From Spirochaetia bacterium (GTDB lineage Bacteria; Spirochaetota; Spirochaetia; CAKZLE01): a DNA stretch of 64,000 nucleotides. The DNA lies in contig OY782041.1 in the NCBI GenBank assembly GCA_963677595.1, forward strand, positions 1,248,001 to 1,312,000. Reading direction: 5' to 3'. Shown here piece after piece: positions 9,358 to 19,224 of the stretch. Both the position numbers and the translations under genes were made by a program. Every line of letters starts with the position of its first letter. Position 1 is the stretch's first letter. The notes below the pieces were generated by a model. The model worked only from the letters and a program-made list of their open reading frames with translations. It was not told the origin of the DNA and did not search any database.

Positions 9358-10672
9358 CCCTCGCCATCAGTTTCAATGCATGCATATCATCACGCGTGAG
9401 CCCTTCCCAGGCAGTTATATGAAGGCTGTTGTTATGAAACAGCGGTTCTTCTTCCAGCGGGAAGGGACTCTCCTTCACGACCTGCTCCCAGGCAGGCGTT
9501 CCCGGTACAGGCGAGTACTCGGCGATCGAGACGGAGACACCCGATTGAGAGGCACTGATGATCGAGTGTTCCACCTCCTCCCTCCGCTGACCCGGCAGCC
9601 CTGCCAGGATATAGACCGGCAGCTGCCGTTTCGTGAACCCTGCACCATATAATGCATCAACTGCCGTAGAGAACTCATCGTCGGTGAACTTACCGTCATG
9701 CAGGTCATGGAATTCCGAAAGTGATGATTCATAGCCCATACGTATCTCCCCGAACCCTGCACGGTACATCAGATCAGCGGCAGTCCGGTCGATGAGGCGC
9801 ACATGGACGGCATTCGGTGTATAGAACTTCCATACCCTACTGTCTGCGATGACACGCCGAAGGAAGGGAAAGAGTACCTGCTCCTTCCTCATCAGCAGTG
9901 CATCGTCATAGAACGCGACATGCGAGATCCCGAACGTCTCCTCGAGGTCAGAGAGGAACTCGAACCCCCCTTCCGGGTCCCCCTCCCTGAACGCCGGCGA
10001 GATACAGGCAGAGGCGCAGTAGTCGCAGCGGAGCGGACAGCCCGTGTTCAGCCGGATCGCACCGGCACTGCCCTTCCAGGCATCCGGTACCAGCAGGGGG
10101 AACGGGGGAACCGGCCCCGACGGGACAGGGAACCCGTACGAACCAAGCAGGGTCCTCATCTGCCCCTCGCCGTCTCCCGTCACCACGGCATCAGCCCCGG
10201 TCACCCGCAGGGCATGTTCGCTCATGAGGCTCGCATAGACGCCCCCCAGGACGACCTTCGCAGCAGGAGTGTGCTCACGCACGGCGGCAACAGCCTCCAC
10301 GACTCCCTCGTACCAGTAGGTCATCCCGGTGGTGATGAAGACGATATGGGGAGCGGCAGCAGCAATGGTTTGAGCTATGACGGACCTGCAGATCCCGTAC
10401 CGCGAGTACTGTCTGGGAATGTGGGGGAGTCCGGCGGGGAGTTCCGCCGGCTGACGGAAGAACTTGCCGGTCCCGTTGGCTCTCCTCTTCACCTCCCCGA
10501 ACTGCCGGATGGAGACCGGGTCAGTCGGGTCGAGTGCATTGAGGTACGATAGCTCAAATCCTGCAGACTGCAGCCACTTCCCGATACGCAGCAGCCCGTA
10601 CGGCTTGAAGAAGAGGTCGAACGCAGCGAAATCATAGATGGGAGGCTGGAACAGGAGTACTCTCGGTCTCAT
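9347..10672 (-). CDS. B12-binding domain radical SAM protein
   Basis: N-terminal cobalamin-binding region (LGGVYASL), then GCPLRCDYC, FYDDAL and TPNAVH. Confidence 0.88.
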   Translation of the reverse strand: MRPRVLLFQPPIYDFAAFDLFFKPYGLLRIGKWLQSAGFELSYLNALDPTDPVSIRQFGEVKRRANGTGKFFRQPAELPAGLPHIPRQYSRYGICRSVIAQTIAAAAPHIVFITTGMTYWYEGVVEAVAAVREHTPAAKVVLGGVYASLMSEHALRVTGADAVVTGDGEGQMRTLLGSYGFPVPSGPVPPFPLLVPDAWKGSAGAIRLNTGCPLRCDYCASACISPAFREGDPEGGFEFLSDLEETFGISHVAFYDDALLMRKEQVLFPFLRRVIADSRVWKFYTPNAVHVRLIDRTAADLMYRAGFGEIRMGYESSLSEFHDLHDGKFTDDEFSTAVDALYGAGFTKRQLPVYILAGLPGQRREEVEHSIISASQSGVSVSIAEYSPVPGTPAWEQVVKESPFPLEEEPLFHNNSLHITAWEGLTRDDMHALKLMARATR

Positions 10673-10739
10673 ATACCACAAAACATAGCACACTATCTTG
10701 AACTAAAAAAGCTTTTCTGATAAGTTAGTAACCCGATAT

Positions 10740-10811
10740 GGTGCCGTACCCAAGTGGTAAGGGAGAGGTCTGCAAAACCTCGATGCACCGGTTCGAATCC
10801 GGTCGGCACCT
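10740..10811 (+). tRNA. tRNA-Cys (GCA); CCA end not encoded
   Basis: Acceptor GGTGCCG/CGGCACC, anticodon arm GAGGT-CTGCAAA-ACCTC, T-arm ACCGG-TTCGAAT-CCGGT, discriminator U. Confidence 0.97.
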
Positions 10812-10812
10812 C

Positions 10813-10851
10813 AAGAGCCGTTATCTGTCATGGATAACGGCTCTTCTTTTT
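10813..10851 (+). terminator. intrinsic terminator between tRNA-Cys and hom (possibly bidirectional)
   Basis: AAGAGCCGTTATC-7nt-GATAACGGCTCTT followed by CTTTTT. Confidence 0.85.
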
Positions 10852-10862
10852 CGGAACGCAAG

Positions 10863-12164
10863 CTACTCGAAATCCTCGATCCTCATGCTTACCGGATCTG
10901 ATCCCGATACATCCAGTTTCGCGATCTCAGCTATGGCAGCGGTGAAATCTTGTTCCTTGACCTTGTGGGTCAGGATCACCACCGGGGCGTACCCGCCCTT
11001 GAACCGTTCGTTCTGCACGACCGACGCGATACTGATGCTGTTCCTGCCCATGACCTCCATCACCTTTGCCAGGGACCCTGGCTGGTCGAAGAGGCTCAGC
11101 CGGAGGTAATAGCGCTTGATGCTCCGGTCCGCCGTACAGTAGGTGAGTTCATCCCGCTGCAGCATCATGGTCACGCCGACGGGGACCCCTGCATCGTTCA
11201 TACGGTCCTCGGCAGCTTCCATGATGTCACCGATGACGGCGCTCCCGGTCGGGAGCTTGCCTGCCCCTCGTCCGTAGTACATCGTATCATCAACGATGTC
11301 TCCGCGAACGAAGACCGCGTTGAAGGAGTCGTGGACCGAGGCGATCATATGGTCTATAGGGACGAGGGAGGGCTCTACCGACAGTTCGACATCCCCGTCA
11401 TTGTCCTTGATGATCGCAAGCAGCTTGATACGGTACCCGAGTCTCTCGGCATTGAGGATCTCCTGGCTTGAGAGGCCGCGGATACCTGAAGCAGCACATG
11501 CCGACATGGGTACGGGCGACCCGTAAGCCATGGATGCGAGGATCACCGCCTTATGGGCGGTATCGATCCCGTCGATATCGAGGTCTGGAGGCGTCTCCGC
11601 ATACCCGAGGGCCTGGGCATCCGCAAGGATCTCATCGAAGGGGAGCCCCTCTCGCTCCATCCTGGTGAGGATGTAGTTACAGGTACCATTGAGTACCCCA
11701 TAGATGGATTCTATCCGGTTCCCGATGAGCCCCGCCCGCTGGGAACGGAGCACCGGAATACCGCCGCCCACTGCCGCCTCATAGTAGATGCCTACATGGT
11801 TCTTTCTGGCAGTCTGGTAGATCTCACCCCCGTATTCTGCAAGCAGGGCCTTGTTCGCCGTGACGACCCGCTTGCCTGCTTCGAGTGCACGCAGCACGAA
11901 CTGTTTGGCTATAGTCGTCCCCCCGATGAGTTCGACGATCACATCGATCTCCGGGTCATCGATGACGGAGAACGCATCACTGGTAAGGACCCCGGGGGGA
12001 AGTGACACACCCCGGTCTGTCTCGGTATCGAGGTCGGCGATCCTCTTCACGACCGGCAGGATGCCTGTACGCTCCCTGATCAGTTCCCCGTTTCTCTGCA
12101 GGCCTTCCACTACTCCGGTACCTACCGTACCGAAACCTAGAATACCGATCCTCACCTCTTGCAT
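10863..12164 (-). CDS. hom: homoserine dehydrogenase with ACT domain
   Basis: GFGTVG, VVTANK, YEAAVGGGIP, NGTCNYIL, YGRGAG, plus a C-terminal ACT domain; SD GAGGGG before 12164. Confidence 0.95.
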   Translation of the reverse strand: MQEVRIGILGFGTVGTGVVEGLQRNGELIRERTGILPVVKRIADLDTETDRGVSLPPGVLTSDAFSVIDDPEIDVIVELIGGTTIAKQFVLRALEAGKRVVTANKALLAEYGGEIYQTARKNHVGIYYEAAVGGGIPVLRSQRAGLIGNRIESIYGVLNGTCNYILTRMEREGLPFDEILADAQALGYAETPPDLDIDGIDTAHKAVILASMAYGSPVPMSACAASGIRGLSSQEILNAERLGYRIKLLAIIKDNDGDVELSVEPSLVPIDHMIASVHDSFNAVFVRGDIVDDTMYYGRGAGKLPTGSAVIGDIMEAAEDRMNDAGVPVGVTMMLQRDELTYCTADRSIKRYYLRLSLFDQPGSLAKVMEVMGRNSISIASVVQNERFKGGYAPVVILTHKVKEQDFTAAIAEIAKLDVSGSDPVSMRIEDFE

Positions 12165-12472
12165 GGTACACCCCTCTGTCTCTTGATTGCTGTTCATGAG
12201 TATGATAGGTAGAGCCGATAAATGCAAGAAGCCAGCAGCAGACCTCCTGCATCTTTCACTGGGATACGGCTGGATCTGCCGTTCCCGCTGGCGGGATGGC
12301 TCTCCCGGACCTCCGTGCGATATTGGCACAAGCCAAATCTAACAAGTCGGTTACGGTGGATTGTATTCACCCTGCGGGTATGGTACGATCGATGTGGGGA
12401 TCTCCCGCAGTGATGATGCAGGTCTTCCCTGACTGCAGGTTCTGCAGGTACAGTCGCAATACCGAGGTGCTT

Positions 12473-14965
12473 GTGTTCATAACAGGTAGTATCTATATAT
12501 TAGCCAGCGTCGCATACCTGCTCATGGGTGTGGAGACCTTCCGTACCGAACGGAAGCAGCGGGCGAACCTGCTCTTCTTCCTGACCTGTATAGCCCTTGC
12601 CCTCTGGTCATTCTCCGTTGCCGGCGTCATGCTGTCAGAGAGCCTGGCACAGGCACTCTTCTTCCGCAGGATAGCCGTCCTCTTCTGGAGTGTCATCTAC
12701 AGCATCTATTTTCACTTCATCGTCGTCCTGACACGAAGCAGTGAGGAACCAACACGATGGTCGAACTGGTCGAGCAGGATCACCATGGCCCTGAAGATGA
12801 TCATCGTCTATACTCCCGCCCTCTTCTCCATCTACCTCTACTTCTTCCGCGAACCCTCCACGGCGGAGGAGATGGTCCGGACCTCCTTCGGCTGGGCATA
12901 CCTCAACCTGCCGAGGAACTTCCTCTGGGACAACTACTTCCTCCTCCTCTATCTCTTCTTCATCCTTGCCAGTATCATCGCCCTGCTCTTCTGGGGCCGG
13001 AGGACTCGACTCAGGAGGATCAAGTACCTGGTCCGGGTGATCGTGGGATCGACGATCATCGCCCTGGCTGTCGGGACGATCACGGACTTCCTCCTCCCGC
13101 TCACGACCGGGAACCTCTTCCCCCCGCTCGGGGTACTCGTCTCGATGATACCGATCATCGGGGTAAGGTTCGCATCGGTACGGTACCGGATGCTCCAGCT
13201 CAACCCCTTCGGCACTGCCCGGGAGATCCTGCAGAACATGCAGGAGGGACTTATGCTCATAACCCTCAATAACCGGATCGTCAATGCGAACCGGGAAGCG
13301 GAACGACTCCTCCTGTATGGCCAGGATGAGCTGGACGGCCTCCAGTACTGCGATCTGTTTCCAGAGGGCTGTATGGAAGGGATCATCAGCATCAACGGCT
13401 CCAGGGAGGGGAGACTGCTCAGGAAGGATGGAAGCACCCTCCCCGTCATGCTCACGATCGAGACCCTCCGGGACCGGTGGGAGGACCCGATAGGAACCCT
13501 CATGCTCTTCCAGGACCTCACCGACCTGAAGAACATCCAGAGTGAACTGGAAGCATCCCGGGACCTCCTCAAGCAGCGAGTCAAGGAGCGGACATCCAGG
13601 TTGTCAGCCATCAACCAGGACCTGGAGAACGAGATCGTGAACCGGATCCAGATGGAGAACAAGATCAGGTCATTTGCCTACAATGACCAGCTGACCGGCC
13701 TGGCGAACCGGAAGCTCTTCACGGACCGCCTGGAACAGGCGATCTTCGATGCAGAGAAGTCCCAGACCAACCTGGCGGTCTTCTTCCTGAATCTTGATGC
13801 GTTCAAGGTGGTCAATGATACCTTCGGTCACCTCCTCGGCGACAGCCTCCTCTCAGAGATCGCACGACGGCTGAAGGGGTTCTTCGGGGAGACCAAGACG
13901 ATAGCGCGATCTGGAAGCGACCATTTCCTGCTCCTTTCCCGCTTCACGGGGAATGCTGAGCTCCTCTACCATGAGGTGAACGAGATCCGTTCCATCTTCA
14001 AGGAACCTTTTGTCCTGAACGGCAGGGATCTCCTCCTCACGACCACCCTGGGGATCAGTATCTATCCTGGGGATGGGGAGCATGCCGCAGAATTGATCAA
14101 GAATGCTGAACTGGCCATGTTCGAAGCCAAGTCAGCGGGACATAACACCTTCGAGTTCTTCACCTCTGAGCTGAATGCCGCGATCACCGAGGAGATGGAG
14201 ATCTCCAATGACCTCTATCTCGCCCTGGAACGAGATGAGTTCGAGCTCTATTACCAGCCGCAGGTCAACCCTCTCAGGGAGCAGATCGCCGGGGTAGAGG
14301 CGCTGATACGGTGGAACCATCCGGTCAGGGGGTTGTTATCACCGGACAAGTTCATCGGTATCGCGGAGAAGAGCAACCTCATCCTGAGGATCGGGGAATG
14401 GGTTCTCAGGGAAGCCTGCATGCAGTTGAGGAAGTGGCATGACGCGGGGCATACCGACCTGCTGATGGCAGTGAACCTCTCGATCAACCAGCTGACCAAC
14501 GGGGGGCTGGAAGGCATCATCCGGCAGGTGATCGATGAGGCAGGGATACACCCTGCCTCCCTGGAGATCGAACTCACAGAGAGCATCCTCATCACGAAGA
14601 CGGAAACAGCGATCAGAGATCTCTCTAAGATCAGGGAGATGGGGGTCCAGATTGCCATCGATGATTTCGGGACCGTCTACTCGTCCCTCAGCTACCTGAG
14701 GAAGCTGCCTCTCGACCGCATGAAGATAGCGCGTGAGTTCGTCATGGGGATCGGGAAGCATACCGTTGATGAGGCGATCATCTCGGCGATCATCGTCATG
14801 GGTCGCAGCATGGACCTGGAGATCATTGCCGAGGGGGTCGAGTACCAGGAACAGCTCGAGTTCCTCAAAGCCCGTTCCTGCGACATCATCCAGGGATTTT
14901 ACTACAGCAGGCCGGTACCGTCTGAGGCCCTGACAGCCATGCTGGAGAGTGGACAACCCCGGTGA
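12473..14965 (+). CDS. membrane 7TM(HisKA_7TM-like)-PAS-GGDEF(degenerate)-EAL protein, probable c-di-GMP phosphodiesterase
   Basis: About 7 TM helices, then PAS; GGDEF site reads SGSDHF; EAL, DDFGTVYSS and EGVE present. The start (GTG after GAGG) is uncertain. Confidence 0.85.
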   Translation: MFITGSIYILASVAYLLMGVETFRTERKQRANLLFFLTCIALALWSFSVAGVMLSESLAQALFFRRIAVLFWSVIYSIYFHFIVVLTRSSEEPTRWSNWSSRITMALKMIIVYTPALFSIYLYFFREPSTAEEMVRTSFGWAYLNLPRNFLWDNYFLLLYLFFILASIIALLFWGRRTRLRRIKYLVRVIVGSTIIALAVGTITDFLLPLTTGNLFPPLGVLVSMIPIIGVRFASVRYRMLQLNPFGTAREILQNMQEGLMLITLNNRIVNANREAERLLLYGQDELDGLQYCDLFPEGCMEGIISINGSREGRLLRKDGSTLPVMLTIETLRDRWEDPIGTLMLFQDLTDLKNIQSELEASRDLLKQRVKERTSRLSAINQDLENEIVNRIQMENKIRSFAYNDQLTGLANRKLFTDRLEQAIFDAEKSQTNLAVFFLNLDAFKVVNDTFGHLLGDSLLSEIARRLKGFFGETKTIARSGSDHFLLLSRFTGNAELLYHEVNEIRSIFKEPFVLNGRDLLLTTTLGISIYPGDGEHAAELIKNAELAMFEAKSAGHNTFEFFTSELNAAITEEMEISNDLYLALERDEFELYYQPQVNPLREQIAGVEALIRWNHPVRGLLSPDKFIGIAEKSNLILRIGEWVLREACMQLRKWHDAGHTDLLMAVNLSINQLTNGGLEGIIRQVIDEAGIHPASLEIELTESILITKTETAIRDLSKIREMGVQIAIDDFGTVYSSLSYLRKLPLDRMKIAREFVMGIGKHTVDEAIISAIIVMGRSMDLEIIAEGVEYQEQLEFLKARSCDIIQGFYYSRPVPSEALTAMLESGQPR

Positions 14966-14971
14966 ACGGGT

Positions 14972-15913
14972 TCAGAGGGATACCACACAGTCCCTGCCCC
15001 GGTCCTTCCCCGTGAGCAAAGCCTGGTCGACCCTGGCAACAAGACTCTTGACCGGCATCTTCTCCGTATGGTAGCTGACACCGCAGGTGATGGTGACCTT
15101 CTGATCAGGGGAGAGCCCTGCATGGCCGTCAGCGCTGACATCCCTGCGGATCCGCTCAGCCACTGCTGCAGCTTCTTCCCCCGATGCCTCGGGGAGCAGG
15201 ATGAGGAACTCATCACCTCCCCACCGGGCGACATAATCCTGCTTCCGGCAGGACTTCTGGATCTGGTTCGCTATCTCCTTCAGGACGGTATCACCCTGCA
15301 GGTGCCCGTAGGTGTCGTTAATCTCCTTGAAGAGGTCCACATCGACCATGATCAGGGAGAACTCATGCCGGCTGATCTCGGTACGGTAGATCTCATATTC
15401 GAAGATCCGCTCGATCTCGCGCCGGTTGAGGAGGCCGGTCAGGTCATCGGTCCGTGCCACAGCCTCGAGCTTGCTCAGCGATTTCTCAAGCTGGCTGTTC
15501 CGCATCTCCATCTCTGCCCGCAGTTTTCTCAGTTCCGCATGGGTCCGGACCCGGATCTTCAGTTCCTGCGGATTGAACGGTTTCCTGATATAGTCCACCG
15601 CACCCATCTCGAACCCCTTGATGAGGCTGTCGATATCGATCCGGGCCGTGAGGAAGATGATCGGCACTGAATCATAGTGCGGCAGCTTCCTGATATTGGC
15701 ACAGGTCGTGAACCCGTCCTGCTGCGGCATCATGACATCGAGCAGGATGAGGTCCAGCGGGACCGAAGCTGCAATACGCTCAGCATCCATCCCGGTAGGC
15801 GCGATATAGAGGTCGTAACCCTCCTCTTCAAGGATGCTCCCAACGATCATGAGATTATCGGCAGTATCATCGACGATGAGGACTTTCACGTTCTGTGGGT
15901 TATATTCAGCCAT
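14972..15913 (-). CDS. response regulator diguanylate cyclase (REC-GGDEF)
   Basis: REC domain (VDD, LLDVMMP, KP) plus ARWGGDEF with an RxxD I-site (RKQD); start MAEYN after SD GGAGG. Confidence 0.92.
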   Translation of the reverse strand: MAEYNPQNVKVLIVDDTADNLMIVGSILEEEGYDLYIAPTGMDAERIAASVPLDLILLDVMMPQQDGFTTCANIRKLPHYDSVPIIFLTARIDIDSLIKGFEMGAVDYIRKPFNPQELKIRVRTHAELRKLRAEMEMRNSQLEKSLSKLEAVARTDDLTGLLNRREIERIFEYEIYRTEISRHEFSLIMVDVDLFKEINDTYGHLQGDTVLKEIANQIQKSCRKQDYVARWGGDEFLILLPEASGEEAAAVAERIRRDVSADGHAGLSPDQKVTITCGVSYHTEKMPVKSLVARVDQALLTGKDRGRDCVVSL

Positions 15914-18428
15914 CCGTACCTCCCGACGGGAGCTTCTTACCAAGCTCCATGACCTCTTGGACCAAACGTTGGAACAACACGATATCGAAACTCTCAGCAG
16001 CCTGCTGGAGCGTCTTGGCAAACGATATGAGGGAACCTGCATCATGCCGGTCCCCGATAGCGAGCAGGCCAAGCGCGATCTCATGGAAATCCCTGATCCG
16101 GTTGGAATCAAGGGCCTTTGCGCACAGCTCACTGCAGAAGGAGGAGAACTCCACCTGGAGTGCGTCGTTCTCCCTGAGCCCTTTCCCTGCCAGGTTGGCA
16201 ATGATCATCGGGAGGTCGCGTATCCCGGAGTCAGGCTGTCCCACAGGGTCCACCGGGGCAGGTACTTCAGGGGACTCCCCTGCATCGATAGAGGCCAGTC
16301 CCAATCCCACGACCGGGACATCGGGCAGGTCGATCGTGAAGGTGGCACCCTGACCAACGATGCTCTCCAGAGTCACCTGGCCGTTCATCAGCTCGACGAA
16401 CCGCTTCACGATCGCCAGCCCGAGACCGGTACCCCCGTATTTCCTGACATTCTGGTTCTCGGTCTGGATAAAGGGTTCGAAGATCCTCTGCTGCTGCAGC
16501 TCCTCGATCCCGATCCCGGTATCCTGGACTGCGAGCCTGAGGTTCACCGACCCGGGGACAGTCCCCGGTCCCTGTTTCCAGGCTGATATGCTGATCGTAC
16601 CGCTCTCGGTGAACTTGAACGCATTCCCCACGAGGTTCAGCAGGATCTGCCGGACCCTGATCCCGTCAAGGACCAGGAGTTTCGGGAGCTGCGGGTCAAG
16701 GTGGATCTCCATGCCTATCGATTTCCGCTGCTGCTCATACCGATAGAGCTCTTCGATATTCCTGAGCTCCTCACCGAGTTCCACTGGTTCGAGGTGGAGG
16801 GAGACCCCTCCTGCATCCAGCTTCGAGAGGTCGAGGATATCATTGATGATCGTGAGCAGGGTATTGCAGGCTTTCCGGATCGTCTGCAGGTGCTGTTTCT
16901 GCAGCGGGTCGCTGATCTGCTTGTCCAGGATCATGGAGAAGCCGAGTATGGCATTGACCGGTGTCCTGATCTCATGCGACATGTTCGCTATGAACTCGCT
17001 CTTCAGCGCATTCGCCGATTTGAGGAGGCTGTTGCTGCTCAATGCCTCCTGGAGCTCCTTACCCATGTCGACGATCTGGGCAGCCGTCTCATTGAGCTCC
17101 TCGACCTGGAACCCTACCTGTTTCTGGTCATAGTATCCCTCACCGACCTTCCTGAGCATGAGGTTCATGGCTTTGAGGGGTTCGGCTATGCGGCTGCTGA
17201 ACCGCCTTGCCAGGATCGTGATCAGGATGAAGATGAGGAGGAGGCTGATCCCCAGCCCAAGCCCGAACAGGAGCCCGATCCTCACCATCCGTGCAGCCAG
17301 CGTCTGTGAGATCATGAAGATCTCATCCTTCGGCACGAAGATGACCAGCTTCCAGCCGGTACCCTCGATCGAGGACCAGGCTGCCACCTGCTCACGTTCG
17401 CCGAGGGTGAGTTCCGTATAGCCGTTCTCCCTGCTCCGTATCGCATCCGCGAGCCCTGCGGTATCAGCCCGGTTGTTTATGTTGAACTGCTCGGGCTTGA
17501 AGGTATCCTGGAAGATCGCCTCCGAATAGGCATGTGTGGTCATCTCATCAAGGCCGAAATCGACCTCGCCCTGGCGGGGCATCGCCATGATGGTCCCGTC
17601 CTTACTCAGGAGGATGCCATAGCCGTTCCAGGGGATGTCCATCTGAAGGATCTCGTTCGCGATGGTGTCGACCGTCACATCGATACCGACGACCCCCTCG
17701 AGGAACTCATCCCGGTAGACCGGGGCGATCGAGGATGCCATCCAGCCGTGCCCTGCAGGATCGAGGTAGACATCAGTCCATACCGTCTCCCTTCCGGGGT
17801 TGTACTCGGCATCCGCCTCATAATAGAAATTGTAAGACGGTATATCGATATCATTCGGGTACTGGCTGGCCGTATCAAAATAGGGATAGATGATATTCAG
17901 GGAATCGAAGGTATTGAAATAGATCGAGACAGCCAGGGGAGTACTGGCCAGGATATCCTTCATTGATGCCTCGGAAGCGAAGAGGGAGGCAAGTTTTGAC
18001 AGCTCAGCATCCCTAAGCGGGGTCAGATTGCTGTAGATGACTGCCATACCGCCTGAGGGTTTGTCTGATGTGGTGACATACGCCCCTTCCTCACTGTAGC
18101 CGAGCCTCGCCGCATCCTCAGGCAAAAACCCGGTCCCCGACTCAAGGGCCCTGCCGGTCTCAAGCCGATAGAGCTCCGTGGCATTCTCGATACTCTCGAG
18201 CTGCTTCTCCACGGTTGCGGACTCCTGTATCGTCAGGTTGGTAAGGTTCGTCCGGGCATCCGCTGCAAGGTAGGTCTCAGTCTCCCTGATCTGCCAACGG
18301 TTGGTCAGCACGAAGAAGAGGATGAACATGACGGCTATGATACCAAGGGGGACCAGAATCGTCTTCAGGTAGGAACGGATGATCCAGTCATAGAGTTTTA
18401 CCCTGCCCCTTCCCGGGATCTCACTCAT
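15906..18428 (-). CDS. sensor histidine kinase (TM-dCache-TM-HAMP-like-HisKA-HATPase)
   Basis: WTDVYLDP (Cache), MSHEIRTP, NLVGNAFKFT, DTGIGI and GGTGLGL motifs. Confidence 0.92.
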   Translation of the reverse strand: MSEIPGRGRVKLYDWIIRSYLKTILVPLGIIAVMFILFFVLTNRWQIRETETYLAADARTNLTNLTIQESATVEKQLESIENATELYRLETGRALESGTGFLPEDAARLGYSEEGAYVTTSDKPSGGMAVIYSNLTPLRDAELSKLASLFASEASMKDILASTPLAVSIYFNTFDSLNIIYPYFDTASQYPNDIDIPSYNFYYEADAEYNPGRETVWTDVYLDPAGHGWMASSIAPVYRDEFLEGVVGIDVTVDTIANEILQMDIPWNGYGILLSKDGTIMAMPRQGEVDFGLDEMTTHAYSEAIFQDTFKPEQFNINNRADTAGLADAIRSRENGYTELTLGEREQVAAWSSIEGTGWKLVIFVPKDEIFMISQTLAARMVRIGLLFGLGLGISLLLIFILITILARRFSSRIAEPLKAMNLMLRKVGEGYYDQKQVGFQVEELNETAAQIVDMGKELQEALSSNSLLKSANALKSEFIANMSHEIRTPVNAILGFSMILDKQISDPLQKQHLQTIRKACNTLLTIINDILDLSKLDAGGVSLHLEPVELGEELRNIEELYRYEQQRKSIGMEIHLDPQLPKLLVLDGIRVRQILLNLVGNAFKFTESGTISISAWKQGPGTVPGSVNLRLAVQDTGIGIEELQQQRIFEPFIQTENQNVRKYGGTGLGLAIVKRFVELMNGQVTLESIVGQGATFTIDLPDVPVVGLGLASIDAGESPEVPAPVDPVGQPDSGIRDLPMIIANLAGKGLRENDALQVEFSSFCSELCAKALDSNRIRDFHEIALGLLAIGDRHDAGSLISFAKTLQQAAESFDIVLFQRLVQEVMELGKKLPSGGTDG

Positions 18429-18678
18429 AATATAATCCTCTGCTTCTCAAGGAGACCGGAGGAGTCACGTGCCGTGGGTACGTTCAAGGATCATCGCAGG
18501 AAGTGCAGGCGAACCAGGCATTCGGTCTCTTATAAGATTTATTTGGCGTCATGCCGCCTCTAGTATATGTGACTATACCGAAAAATAACAGCCCAGGCAG
18601 GTGCTGTCAAGGTCAAAACCCTACGACAGGATGTATCAAAATCTACAGCCCACCGGCAGCATCCCCTCCATCAAAGGG

Positions 18679-18718
18679 TTGACATATATTTTACACTATT
18701 ATATTTTGCACAATATAA
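18679..18718 (+). promoter_or_regulatory. promoter with an OhrR-type operator
   Basis: TTGACA at 18679; near-perfect palindrome TTATATTTTGCACAATATAA (18699-18718) over the -10 region, upstream of gpx-marR. Confidence 0.65.
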
Positions 18719-18744
18719 CAATCATGATAACAGGTGGTATATCA

Positions 18745-19224
18745 ATGATAACTTCGTTCTATGATCTACAGGCAGAGAAGAATACAGGAGAGCCCTTCCC
18801 ATTTAGCGACCTCAAGGGGAGCCCCGTGCTCATCGTCAATACCGCAAGCAAGTGCGGCTTCACCCCCCAATACGAGGGTCTCGAGCAGCTTTACAAAGAG
18901 TTTGGACCTAAGGGACTTGTGATCATCGCATTCCCCAGTGACCAGTTCGCCCATCAGGAACCGGGCAGCGATGAGGAGATCGAAGCATTCTGCAGGATGA
19001 ACTACGGGGTCTCCTTCCCGATCATGGCAAAGACCCTGGTAAATGGGAACGAGACACACCCGGTATTCGTGTGGCTCAAGAAACAGGCCCCCGGTGTTCT
19101 TGGCAGCATGATCAAGTGGAATTTCACGAAGTTCCTGGTCAGCAGTGACGGCATGCGTGTCACCCGTTTCGCTCCCACGGTAAAACCGATACAGCTGAGA
19201 GATGCAATTGAGAGATTGCTATGA
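18745..19224 (+). CDS. glutathione peroxidase family (Cys-type)
   Basis: VNTASKCGFTPQY, FPSDQF..QEPG and IKWNFTKF motifs. Confidence 0.93.
   Translation: MITSFYDLQAEKNTGEPFPFSDLKGSPVLIVNTASKCGFTPQYEGLEQLYKEFGPKGLVIIAFPSDQFAHQEPGSDEEIEAFCRMNYGVSFPIMAKTLVNGNETHPVFVWLKKQAPGVLGSMIKWNFTKFLVSSDGMRVTRFAPTVKPIQLRDAIERLL

Noticed and set aside
10740-10860. tRNA-Cys as an integration site
   Set aside because: No integrase and no duplicated tRNA 3' end seen; the flanks are housekeeping genes.
10738-11109. 123-aa ORF on the plus strand
   Set aside because: It runs through tRNA-Cys and its terminator and is antisense to hom.
12246-12422. Long-range pairing CCTGCATC..TCACTG / CAGTGA..GATGCAGG suggesting 6S RNA or a lysine/c-di-GMP riboswitch
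   Set aside because: It spans a good promoter (TTGTAT-17-TACGAT at 12361-12389), lies upstream of the hom promoter, and shows no consensus core of those families.
18745-19224. Possible selenocysteine glutathione peroxidase
   Set aside because: The active-site codon is TGC (Cys), with no in-frame TGA.
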